Source: Candidatus Hermodarchaeota archaeon
Lineage (GTDB): Archaea; Asgardarchaeota; Lokiarchaeia; Sigyniarchaeales; SOKP01
Direction: 5' to 3'
Assembly: GCA_048885925.1 (NCBI GenBank)
Contig: JBHLLG010000044.1
Span: 1-23,229, forward strand
Length of the DNA: 23,229 nt
Of the stretch, positions 8,432 through 17,439 are shown piece after piece; position 1 is the stretch's first letter, and each line of letters opens with the position of its first letter. Both the position numbers and the translations under genes were made by a program. The notes under the pieces are model-generated. The model was not told the DNA's origin. It was given only the letters and a program-made list of their open reading frames with translations, and ran no database searches.

Positions 8432-10159
8432 ATGAAAAAAATTAAAATTTTAACTGTTTTTATGGCAATTGCAATTATTTTGATTCCTCTTGCAAATTTT
8501 TCAAGGGCACAATCAAGCGGTTATGTTGGAGTTTCAGAAGGAAGCGAATATGAATGGAGAATTAACTTGAATCTAGACGGTGTTAATAATGTGATGCAGA
8601 ATGTTCCGGGACTAATGACTAATATACAGAATAGAATATTAGAATTGGATTTATTCGGATTAGCATCCAAAACACTTCCAGAAGCCATGGAAAATGTATC
8701 TCACACTATTTTAAATACTATTCTACCTATGGGTTGGGAGGTTTTGAATATATCAGAATTACTTGAAGCAACAATTGAGAAATTTGTAGAAGATTTTAAT
8801 TCTACAGTTCTTGCTGGAAATGTTCCAGGAAATTGGAAAACTTTGAATTATTCCACATTTATGGATTATGTGATTGAAGGGCTTAATTCAACGATGCCAA
8901 CGGGTTGGGAAGATCACCCTATTCCTCACTTAATCACTCTAGCTATTAATGAATTTAATAATTCCATTCTATTCGGATTAATACCAGAAGCATGGGATCA
9001 GCTGACTTTAAATAGTTTCTTTGAATCTATAATAGCAGAATCTTTTCCCTCAGCAACAGAAAGCTTTTTAACATATATCATGATGGATCAGTGGTTTTCA
9101 CAACTTTATACACTATTACCTCCTGGTTCAGAAGGACAAATAATTGAAGATCTTTTGCCCTACATGATGCCACCTGAATTATATAATACAAATCTAACAA
9201 TTTTGCTTGAGGGTCTATGGTATGCAATCAATAATACATCACCACCAGGATGGGATTCTGGCAGTATGCTAGAACTTTTAGAGAACCAAGCAGATTGGAT
9301 GAATACAAATCTATCTTTACAGGAGCCATCACTTAATGGAGCAAATTTCTCAGCAATTCTAAAGTGGGAAATTGATGAGCTAATATATATGTATAATTCT
9401 ACATTACCCCCGGGAATGTTTCCTCCTAATTGGTTAGATATGTCAATAAAAGATTTAGCCTCTTTTATGGTTGAGCAAGGGAAAACACAATTTACTTCCA
9501 TGATTTTACCACAATGGGATTCAATGTATGCTGCTTTAGAAACGTTAGGTGCAACTTTTCCTACTACTTATGGAATAAAAGTAGCAATAGATGATATTGG
9601 TGCAGAACGAATATCAACTTTGGGAGGTCAAAGAGCAACAGAAATAGAAATGTCACTTTTCCTTAGTGTTGATATGCAAACTTGGATGGAGTTTGAAGAA
9701 TTAATAGAGAATCTTACAAGTACAGTGAGTGTTTTCCCAGCGGAGCCAATCCCCATTGAAACTAATGTTACAACCACAGTGTTATATTCTCTTCTTAATC
9801 TCACTATGGAAGGTTATATAGTAGATCCATCCTCATATTCTGATCCAAAAATTGCTTTATTAGATCAAGCTATTTTCACAAAAGGTTTAATCGTCGCAAC
9901 TAATTATGAGTGGGCAGCTATAAATACTGAAGCTACAATTGCTACCGCTGGAAATCTCGATGCTTTTGAACTTACGGCATCTTGGAATTCAATAGGGCTC
10001 CTTAGTAAAGCTACATTATCTTCTGATGGAGTAACCGCAATATCCATTACTTTAGTTTCAGATGGAGAAATTCCTGGATATGAGATAACTATTATTATGA
10101 TTGTAATGCCACTAACAGTTATCGGTATTATCTATTATATACGAAAAAGAAACAGGTAA
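8432..10159 (+). CDS. Exported surface glycoprotein with Loki-CTERM-type signal and internal helical repeats; paralog of 7366..8196
   Basis: Signal peptide, mature start GYVGVSEGSEYEW, C-terminal EIPGY + TM + IRKRNR, and many N-x-S/T sequons. Confidence 0.85.
   Translation: MKKIKILTVFMAIAIILIPLANFSRAQSSGYVGVSEGSEYEWRINLNLDGVNNVMQNVPGLMTNIQNRILELDLFGLASKTLPEAMENVSHTILNTILPMGWEVLNISELLEATIEKFVEDFNSTVLAGNVPGNWKTLNYSTFMDYVIEGLNSTMPTGWEDHPIPHLITLAINEFNNSILFGLIPEAWDQLTLNSFFESIIAESFPSATESFLTYIMMDQWFSQLYTLLPPGSEGQIIEDLLPYMMPPELYNTNLTILLEGLWYAINNTSPPGWDSGSMLELLENQADWMNTNLSLQEPSLNGANFSAILKWEIDELIYMYNSTLPPGMFPPNWLDMSIKDLASFMVEQGKTQFTSMILPQWDSMYAALETLGATFPTTYGIKVAIDDIGAERISTLGGQRATEIEMSLFLSVDMQTWMEFEELIENLTSTVSVFPAEPIPIETNVTTTVLYSLLNLTMEGYIVDPSSYSDPKIALLDQAIFTKGLIVATNYEWAAINTEATIATAGNLDAFELTASWNSIGLLSKATLSSDGVTAISITLVSDGEIPGYEITIIMIVMPLTVIGIIYYIRKRNR
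8700..9540 (+). repeat. Degenerate protein-level repeats (P-x-x-W followed by an amphipathic helix, roughly 20-32 aa units)
   Basis: LPMGWEVLNISELL, VPGNWKTLNYSTFM, MPTGWEDHPIPHLI, IPEAWDQLTLNSFF, SPPGWDSGSMLELL, FPPNWLDMSIKDLA, plus weaker copies. Boundaries approximate. Confidence 0.65.
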
Positions 10160-10176
10160 GATATAACTAATAAAAT

Positions 10177-10190
10177 TCTTATTTTTTTTT
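10177..10190 (+). terminator. Oligo-T terminator-like tract
   Basis: TCTTATTTTTTTTT, identical to 8197-8210 downstream of the paralog. Confidence 0.5.
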
Positions 10191-10225
10191 CTAAAATTTA
10201 TTATTAACAACTCATTTACATTCTT

Positions 10226-10498
10226 ATGGATTTTGTGCAATCTGTTATTTTTTTGTTTTTAATTGTACTTTTTCTCTCTATGCTAAAATCTAATATTTTT
10301 CTTTTAGTATTTGGGGCTGTAATTTTTATATATTTTATTTTACAATTATTTTCATTCGATCCCATTGAAATACTTACAATAACCATGAATAACATATTGA
10401 TCAATCCACTTGGATTAGTATTATTAATTATACCTTTAACTATTGATAGTTTAATAAGAATAATTAAAAAATTTAAATTGAAAGTAAAAATAGGATAA
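10226..10498 (+). CDS. Possible small membrane protein (about 3 TM)
   Basis: 90-aa very hydrophobic ORF with a basic C-terminus, filling the gap up to the convergent permease. Could be an artefact of T-rich sequence. Confidence 0.45.
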   Translation: MDFVQSVIFLFLIVLFLSMLKSNIFLLVFGAVIFIYFILQLFSFDPIEILTITMNNILINPLGLVLLIIPLTIDSLIRIIKKFKLKVKIG

Positions 10499-10503
10499 TG
10501 CTA

Positions 10504-12156
10504 TCATTCTATTTTATTTAATCTAAAAATTCCAAAGTAAAATAAAGTTATTGCTATTAGAACAGATATTCCAAGGTTAATTAACATTATGAATATTAGT
10601 CCTAAATAAGGATTTATTGTGTCTGAGATATTTGGAATAAAGATAAAAAGAGTTATTAAAAATGAGGTAATCTGAAAAAAGAAAATCAAATAATTATTGA
10701 TAATTAGATTTTTGCGTCTTTCTTCAAATAGGGGTCTAACACATTGAATTCCTAGAGCTTGCAATAAGATTGTTACGCCATGTAAGATATAACTAAAGAA
10801 AAATATTAAAGAAACTAAAAAATCTAATTGAAATATCACAGTAAAAACCACGGTTAAAATCACATTGTAGAAAATCAAAATATAAAACAAATAATATAAA
10901 CTCGAGTAGAGAATTGTATTTGGACCTTTTGGTGTTTTTTTATAAGTGAAAAATAATTCTTTTGGACCGATGAAATCATACATTCCCATAAATAATCCAA
11001 AAATCAATCCCCCCATCCACGATAGAATTATAGCTATTACGTTTTTATCAAAAATAATCTGAAAAGTGATTGGAATACTAAAGGGTTCAATTGTCAATGA
11101 AAAAATTTGATTTTCAAAAGTTATATAAATAAAAACTCCAAGCACTCCTAAAGTTCCAATGATAAAGATCAATTTTATTATATTTTCTTTTTTTCTTAAA
11201 AATGCCTTGAGTTGAAATACTACTAATTCCTTGAATTTTTTATGAGTAATTTTTCTTATAATTCTATAAATGCTTTTTTCTTGCTTAAAGATTCCAGATT
11301 CCTTTTCTATTCCTAATTTTATATCATAAAAATAATTAGCTTTTTTATACAAAATATAAGAAATTAAGATAGGAATAAAAATAGCTAAAATAATATTAAT
11401 CCATATGTTTAGGATATATGATTCTATCAATGTAATATCAATAAAATATAGAATTATGTTAGAATACCAAAAAGAAGGATAAAATACGAAGAAATTTTTT
11501 AATTCAGGATAAATCCTAATAAAGTTAAATATAAAGTGGAAAGTATAATATACGATGATTATTAGAATTGATATTAAGAGTAAATATACTTTCCCAAATT
11601 CTTTCAATTTATATCTTATTGAAACGTTCTTTTCAATCAAATTAGCTATGAATGTTCCTAACAAAGAACCAAGTATATATAATGTAAAGAAACAAAAATA
11701 AAAAATTAAATAATGCAAGATATTCATTTCTGGATTAATTTGTAGCAATAAAGCTAATGCAAAGGGTCCTATTATTAAAATAAATAAAAAATAAAAAAGC
11801 CATTGCCCTAAAAGTTCACCAAAAATTATATCACCAGGATTAAGAGGTGTTGATAATGTGATTTCTTTTTTATCAATTTCAGCCTTTTTAAATAGAACAA
11901 AAAGGGGATACATTACAGCCATTAAAAAAATTGAGGTAAAAGTAAATTCAATTAATTGGACAAATAATGTCTCAAATTGATGAGAAATTTGTTTTATGAT
12001 TTCTGGAATAATAGCATCAATAAAAAGTGGACCAAAAAAAAGACCCCAAAATAGAGAAATTGAGGAAATCAAGATAAAAAAAACTCTTCGATAATTTCTA
12101 AATCGACTTGTTTTTAACCGGATTTCATTTTTTGCTATTATTTTCCAAAGACTCAA
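10504..12156 (-). CDS. Multi-pass membrane protein, putative ABC exporter-type permease (two ~6-TM halves)
   Basis: N-terminus WKIIAKNEIRL, internal EITLSTPL-x-PGDIIFGE loop, and second half starting FQLKAFLRKKENIIK. About 12 TM segments. Confidence 0.65.
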   Translation of the reverse strand: MSLWKIIAKNEIRLKTSRFRNYRRVFFILISSISLFWGLFFGPLFIDAIIPEIIKQISHQFETLFVQLIEFTFTSIFLMAVMYPLFVLFKKAEIDKKEITLSTPLNPGDIIFGELLGQWLFYFLFILIIGPFALALLLQINPEMNILHYLIFYFCFFTLYILGSLLGTFIANLIEKNVSIRYKLKEFGKVYLLLISILIIIVYYTFHFIFNFIRIYPELKNFFVFYPSFWYSNIILYFIDITLIESYILNIWINIILAIFIPILISYILYKKANYFYDIKLGIEKESGIFKQEKSIYRIIRKITHKKFKELVVFQLKAFLRKKENIIKLIFIIGTLGVLGVFIYITFENQIFSLTIEPFSIPITFQIIFDKNVIAIILSWMGGLIFGLFMGMYDFIGPKELFFTYKKTPKGPNTILYSSLYYLFYILIFYNVILTVVFTVIFQLDFLVSLIFFFSYILHGVTILLQALGIQCVRPLFEERRKNLIINNYLIFFFQITSFLITLFIFIPNISDTINPYLGLIFIMLINLGISVLIAITLFYFGIFRLNKIE

Positions 12157-12623
12157 TTAAATTTTTCTCGATTTGTCTGTTTAATTCTTTTTCCTTGTAA
12201 TAAATAATATTATTGAATTATTTTTTTCAAATAAAATTTGTTTAGATTCATAAATATCTCTATTTTATTACTATTAGAACTCTATGCAAGTATGTATTAA
12301 GGAAGAATTTAGATAAAAAAATGGTTATACGCTTTCTTCATATTTATTTTTAACAATTATGTTTAGTAATTTTTCTCTTTGGACAAAATCGGGTTAAATT
12401 TTCCATAAAAATTTAAATAAATTAGGTGTATCTAAATTTTTAAATATGATAAAAAATAAGATCAAATGTAAAAAGGAAATAAAAAGAATTGTAAGAGGAA
12501 AATAAAAATAAATTCCTTTACCATATAAATATAATTAAATTTTTAATAAATTCACCATAAATTATTATAAATAATGCTAGAAAAAGACAATCTAAAATCA
12601 ACTGAATCTGATGAGGACGGTAT

Positions 12624-13178
12624 ATGGAGGCTCAAGACTCTAAAAGAAAAATTGTTAAAGAAACCTTCCCATCAGAACTTATTTCAATTATAGGAGATAT
12701 TTTAGCAGGAATTGTTCTATCACTTTTAATTCTGCCATTTGAAAGTTTTCCTGTTTTAATTTTAATCATTCCCGCATTATTATCATTACGAGGGAATATA
12801 AGTGGTCCCTTTATAGCAAGAACATCAAGAGATCTCATTATTGGAGAATTTAACAGAAGATCAATAATAGAAAATATATTTGCTACTTACATTCTTTCAT
12901 TAATAACAGCATTCTTAATTGGAATCTTTAGTATAATTTTTAATTTTTTTTTAATGAGAGGTTTTATTATTCCAATTTTAAGGTTTATTGAAATACCTCT
13001 AATTTCTATTTTATTCACATTAACTCTTTCAATTCCAATATCAATAGGATTAAATTTAATTGTGTTTAAATTTGGATTAAATCCTAATAATATAGTTAAT
13101 CCAATTATGACTGCAGTGGGAGATTTTCTTATAATTATAGGATTTTATTTATCAATAATACTTTTGGGGGTTCCATAA
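12624..13178 (+). CDS. MgtE/SLC41-type divalent cation transporter membrane domain, subunit 1
   Basis: P-x6-GN (PALLSLRGN) and P-x5-P-x6-D (NPNNIVNPIMTAVGD) motifs; about 5 TM; no CBS domains. Confidence 0.85.
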   Translation: MEAQDSKRKIVKETFPSELISIIGDILAGIVLSLLILPFESFPVLILIIPALLSLRGNISGPFIARTSRDLIIGEFNRRSIIENIFATYILSLITAFLIGIFSIIFNFFLMRGFIIPILRFIEIPLISILFTLTLSIPISIGLNLIVFKFGLNPNNIVNPIMTAVGDFLIIIGFYLSIILLGVP

Positions 13179-13729
13179 TGGAGTATTTTAAAAAAATCCT
13201 TAAAGAATCCATTGTAATTGTAATTATATCTTCAATAATGGGATTAGTCTCGGGTACTGTTTTATCCACTAATGAAAGGATTTTATATTATTTTCCAATA
13301 ATACTACTAATTTTACCATCATTAAATTCCTTAATTGGAGATATATCTACCGTTTTAATTTCTCGCTTAACTTCACATTTATATATCGGTTTAATTCCAC
13401 CAAAGATTCAAAAATCTGATCGATTAAAAGAAGATTTTTTTGGATTGCTGATAACAATTTTATTAAGTTTATTAGCATTAATTGTAATAGGATATACTAT
13501 GGGTATAACTACTGGAATTAATATTGTAAATCCCCTTTTAATTATTTCTATTTTACTAATTACAATCCTATCATTATTTTTTATGATGTTCATATTCTTA
13601 TTTGTAAGCTCGATATTTCTTTTTAAACGTGGTAATGATCCCAATAATTTTTTAATTCCATTTGTTACTTCATTGGCAGATTTTTTGACGCCATTATTTC
13701 TAATTATATTTATACAAATTTTTATATAA
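13178..13729 (+). CDS. MgtE/SLC41-type membrane domain, subunit 2
   Basis: PSLNSLIGD and DPNNFLIPFVTSLAD motifs; 1-nt TAATG overlap with the previous gene. Confidence 0.85.
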   Translation: MEYFKKILKESIVIVIISSIMGLVSGTVLSTNERILYYFPIILLILPSLNSLIGDISTVLISRLTSHLYIGLIPPKIQKSDRLKEDFFGLLITILLSLLALIVIGYTMGITTGINIVNPLLIISILLITILSLFFMMFIFLFVSSIFLFKRGNDPNNFLIPFVTSLADFLTPLFLIIFIQIFI

Positions 13730-13745
13730 ATAAATTACAATACAA

Positions 13746-15011
13746 TTGAAAATTTTAATCAGAATGTCAAGAAAAGAGAAGAAGTTTAAATATAAACCCT
13801 TATCATTAAAAGATATTTTGAGAGAAATGAAGCAAAATATCGATTTAATGATAGATTTAGCATATAGTGCAATTAAATTTAGCAGTAAGGAACTTGCTGA
13901 TGAGGTTGCTAAAATAGAACAACGCATCCATGAATTGATTTTCTTATTTAATGTTCAAATAGTTCAAACTAATGTAGGTGGATTTGAAGAAGCGAAAAAA
14001 TTAGAACCAATAGTAGTTATGGGATATTCTATTGATAAAATTTCGGATGCATTAGCAGATATTGCACGTGTTGTATATATTAATAGTGATATCAATGAAT
14101 TTACTCAATTATTTTGGGATGAAGTTCCAGAACCAATTGTAAAGATTACAGTAAAACCAGGTTGTGAATTCATAGATAAATTTCGTAAAGAAGTACATTT
14201 TAGATCAAATTATGGTGTAGATCTTATCGTAATAAAAAGGGATAACCAATGGCTTTTCAGTAAAAAAGAGAAAGTTCTTGAAAATGATACTTTAATAGTG
14301 AAAGGTGAGCTAGAATCTATTAAAGAACTTAAGCGAATTACATTAGATGATGAGGAGATCTCATTTGATCTTGATATAAAGCCGAAGGAACCTGAATTTG
14401 ATCTCTCCAATCCAGATGTTTTAGAATACCTTGAAGACCTGAAAAAGGACTATATTCAAATTACTGATATTTCTGAAACAATGATTGAATTAGCATTAGC
14501 TTCTTTATTTTTTAATAGTTATGAATTGGCTGAAGATATATTAGAAATGGAAGAATTAATGGATGGTCTTAATATAGCATTTGAAAAAGATCTTCTTGAT
14601 TTTGCTCACATTTTAGACTCTCCTAGATCTTTAACTGGTATTATGCGTATTGTTTTTTCTTGTGAAGAGATTGCTGATGCGGCAGCTCATATTGCAGAGA
14701 ATATATTAAAAGGTTTTGAACCGCATAGTATTCTTCAAAAAGCAATTGAAGAAACGCAAGAAATCGTGGTTAGGGAAACATTATCAAAAGATTCATATTT
14801 CAAGGGAAAAACCTATAAAGAACTTCAGAATAAACGATACAAAAGAGGTTTTCATATAATTGCTCTTAAAAGAGAAGAGAAATGGGTGTATCGTTTTAAA
14901 CCTGACTTTCTGTTTAATGAAGGAGATTTGTTGATTGGATTAGGTCCGAAAGAAACAGTAATTCAATGGCGCAAATGTGTAAATCCACATTATGATGAAG
15001 AGGAAGATTAG
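13746..15011 (+). CDS. Tandem PhoU-like/TrkA-C (RCK-C) domain protein, duplicated unit
   Basis: Two copies of a PhoU-like bundle (LMIDLAYSAI...IDKISDALADIA; TMIELALASL...CEEIADAAAHIA), each followed by a TrkA-C-like domain (GVDLIVIKR...LENDTLIVKG; GFHIIALKR...EGDLLIGLG). Probable start at the ATG of MSRKEK. Confidence 0.85.
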   Translation: MKILIRMSRKEKKFKYKPLSLKDILREMKQNIDLMIDLAYSAIKFSSKELADEVAKIEQRIHELIFLFNVQIVQTNVGGFEEAKKLEPIVVMGYSIDKISDALADIARVVYINSDINEFTQLFWDEVPEPIVKITVKPGCEFIDKFRKEVHFRSNYGVDLIVIKRDNQWLFSKKEKVLENDTLIVKGELESIKELKRITLDDEEISFDLDIKPKEPEFDLSNPDVLEYLEDLKKDYIQITDISETMIELALASLFFNSYELAEDILEMEELMDGLNIAFEKDLLDFAHILDSPRSLTGIMRIVFSCEEIADAAAHIAENILKGFEPHSILQKAIEETQEIVVRETLSKDSYFKGKTYKELQNKRYKRGFHIIALKREEKWVYRFKPDFLFNEGDLLIGLGPKETVIQWRKCVNPHYDEEED

Positions 15012-15026
15012 TTTAAGGGATTTAAC

Positions 15027-15614
15027 ATGACTTTTGATGATATTGAAAGCAGGTTTAAAGCTACGATGATAGAAATTGCTGAGAAGATAAAGTTAAACTC
15101 ATTAGAAATCAATATAAAACAAATAATTGAGTTTATTAATGTAATTCTTGAAATTTATAGAAGTAAAAGAAAAGTTTTTGTATACGGCGCAGGAAGGTCA
15201 GGGTTTATCGGAAGATGTTTTGCTCAGAGATTAATGCATCTTGGTATTAATTCTTGTTTTGTTTCAGATACTATAACACATCGATACACTAAAGAAGATT
15301 TATTAATCTTAGTAAGCGGGAGTGGTGAAACGTTAACTTCAAAAGCAGTAGCTAATAAAGCTAAAAATATTGGTGGCAAAATAATTTTATTAACAGGAAA
15401 CCCAAACTCCTCTATTGGAAAAATCTCTTCTTTGGTTATAAAAATCATAGGAAAAGATAAAAGTATTGCATTTATTCAAGAAACTCTAGCGCCTTACACA
15501 AGTTTATTTGATATTTCAGCATTATCAGTTTTAGATTCAATAGGAGGCGCCTTAATGAAAGCTTTAAATGTTTCAGAAAAAGATATAGATATGCGCCATG
15601 CAAGTCTTGAATAG
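15027..15614 (+). CDS. hxlB: SIS-domain protein, 6-phospho-3-hexuloisomerase (PHI)-like
   Basis: VYGAGRSG, FAQRLMHLG, SGSGET and C-terminal RHASLE. Confidence 0.75.
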   Translation: MTFDDIESRFKATMIEIAEKIKLNSLEINIKQIIEFINVILEIYRSKRKVFVYGAGRSGFIGRCFAQRLMHLGINSCFVSDTITHRYTKEDLLILVSGSGETLTSKAVANKAKNIGGKIILLTGNPNSSIGKISSLVIKIIGKDKSIAFIQETLAPYTSLFDISALSVLDSIGGALMKALNVSEKDIDMRHASLE

Positions 15615-15703
15615 TTAATATTCCAAATATTTAAAATCTCGTTTTAATTAAGAAAATTAATTCCAATAAATTAGACTAATATTAAACTATACAAGAAGAT
15701 ATT

Positions 15704-15910
15704 ATGTTCCCAAGAAAAACTTTGGATGATTTAAAGGGAAGGGAATTAGAGGTTTTTATTAAAGATCTTCCTTATCCCCATTGTATTCAAATAGGTATAA
15801 TTAAAATGGTAACAGAACATGTGGTTGTTTTAAATGATACGGAATGGAAAGATAGGGTTATAACCATACCTATTGCGAATATAATTATGGTAAAAGAGAT
15901 TTTGGAATAG
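15704..15910 (+). CDS. Small protein with probable Sm/LSm-like beta-barrel fold
   Basis: Short helix then strand pattern LDDLKGRELEVFI...GIIKMV..HVVVL...ITIPIANIIMV. Fold is inferred by eye. Confidence 0.55.
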   Translation: MFPRKTLDDLKGRELEVFIKDLPYPHCIQIGIIKMVTEHVVVLNDTEWKDRVITIPIANIIMVKEILE

Positions 15911-16032
15911 TTAATAACATATTTTTTTTAATTACTTCATAATAGTAAAAGTTTATTTTTTTAAAACCAATACTTTAAAGTAAGAAATCAATTTAATAAT
16001 ACTAAGTATATAACACTAATAACAGTTATCTG

Positions 16033-16437
16033 TTGATAATTTTGCATGAATATATTGAAGTAAAATATGTTTCCGAGAAAAAGGGTAGAGGAGCTTTTGC
16101 CAAGAAAAATATTAAAGAAGGTAAAATTATAGATATTGCTCCAGTTGTTTTAATTCCTAATGAAGATTATCTGCAAATTCAAGAAACTGTTATATATCAT
16201 TATTGCTATATTTGGGAAGATCCTAAACATATGCCCAAATTTGAAAATGCCACTATATTCAGTGTCAGTCAATTTATAAATCATTCATTTACCCCAAATC
16301 TCCAATATCTTTATGATTATGAGAATAATTCAATAGAATTTTCAGCCATAAGAGATATTAAGAAAGGTGAAGAGTTGTGCACTAATTATAATGGAAAAAT
16401 AGATGATAAAACTCCAGTATGGTTTGAGGTAGAATAA
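16033..16437 (+). CDS. Stand-alone SET-domain protein-lysine methyltransferase
   Basis: KGRGAFAKKNIKEG, FINHSFTPN and AIRDIKKGEELCTNY; no post-SET cysteines. Confidence 0.92.
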   Translation: MIILHEYIEVKYVSEKKGRGAFAKKNIKEGKIIDIAPVVLIPNEDYLQIQETVIYHYCYIWEDPKHMPKFENATIFSVSQFINHSFTPNLQYLYDYENNSIEFSAIRDIKKGEELCTNYNGKIDDKTPVWFEVE

Positions 16438-16441
16438 TCGA

Positions 16442-17308
16442 TTACTTTCTCAATGACTTGAGTGTTTTTAAATTCATAATATCTTCTTTCAAATCTTTTC
16501 CTTTTGGAGTTTCCAATATTCCCGGCATATCATTAAATCTATTATCATTAATAAAAAAACTAAAAGCTTCTTTCCCTATTTTTCCTTGACCAATATGGGT
16601 ATGTCTGTCAACTCTAGAACCACATTCTTTATCAGTATCATTTAAATGGAATGCAAACAAATATTTTAAACCAATAACATCATCGAAATCATTCCACATC
16701 TCATCATATCCTTTTTTTGTTCGAAAATCATATCCCGCTGCAAATGAATGGGCGGTATCAAAACATAAACCAATTCTATTCTTGTCTTGTATTTTCTCAA
16801 TAATTGTTTTAAAATGATGGAATTTATTTCCTAATCCCTTGCCTTGTCCTGCAGTAGTTTCAAGTAATATTATAGTATTTGATGATTTTGTAGCATCCAT
16901 CAGTTTATTTAATTGTTTAGCAATTTGCGTTAATGCTTCTAATTTCGTAATTTCTTTTTTATCACTGACAGGAATCACTCCAGGGTGCATGTTCTCATAT
17001 TGTATATTTAATTGATCAACCTTGATAAGCTCATCAAGCATAGCATTATATGATTTCTCTAATATTTCTTCATCTAAACTTGCTAAATTTACTAGATAAC
17101 TGTTATGTGAAATTACTGGCCATATTTCATCTTTTAACTCTTCTTTCTTTTCTATAAAATCATCAATTTCTTTCTGCTTTAGAGGTCCAGAAGTCCAACC
17201 ACGTACATTTCTAACAAAAACTTGAATTGCTTCACATCCTAAATCTTTTCCGGCTTCAAGAGCCATGTATTTTCCTCCAGAAACACTCATGTGTGCGCCA
17301 ATCCTCAA
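16442..17308 (-). CDS. nfo: Endonuclease IV (AP endonuclease family 2)
   Basis: IGAHMS, HNSYLVNL, HPG, LLETTAGQG, CFDTAHSFAAGYD, HLND, DRH and ILETP motifs. Confidence 0.95.
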   Translation of the reverse strand: MRIGAHMSVSGGKYMALEAGKDLGCEAIQVFVRNVRGWTSGPLKQKEIDDFIEKKEELKDEIWPVISHNSYLVNLASLDEEILEKSYNAMLDELIKVDQLNIQYENMHPGVIPVSDKKEITKLEALTQIAKQLNKLMDATKSSNTIILLETTAGQGKGLGNKFHHFKTIIEKIQDKNRIGLCFDTAHSFAAGYDFRTKKGYDEMWNDFDDVIGLKYLFAFHLNDTDKECGSRVDRHTHIGQGKIGKEAFSFFINDNRFNDMPGILETPKGKDLKEDIMNLKTLKSLRK

Positions 17309-17439
17309 TAAAATCTCCTATTTAAATAGTATTTTATGTATAATATATTATTTATACTATAATTTCTTTTTTATTGACTAATCTTATTTAGTTCATCAAC
17401 TTTCAATTGAATTAAAAGTGAAAAAAGAAAATAAGTAAA

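Noticed and set aside
9160-9501. Short antisense or nested ORFs (9160..9501, 10216..10404, 12632..12838, 13408..13644, 13700..13927, 14210..14410, 15224..15448, 18107..18343, 19564..19764, 20471..20692)
   Set aside because: All overlap better-supported ORFs and have no motifs of their own.
12608-12655. CTGATGAG resembling a hammerhead core or C box just upstream of the first MgtE gene
   Set aside because: No stem II closed by a correctly placed GAAA and no matching D-box arrangement. The GAGG is more simply a ribosome-binding site.
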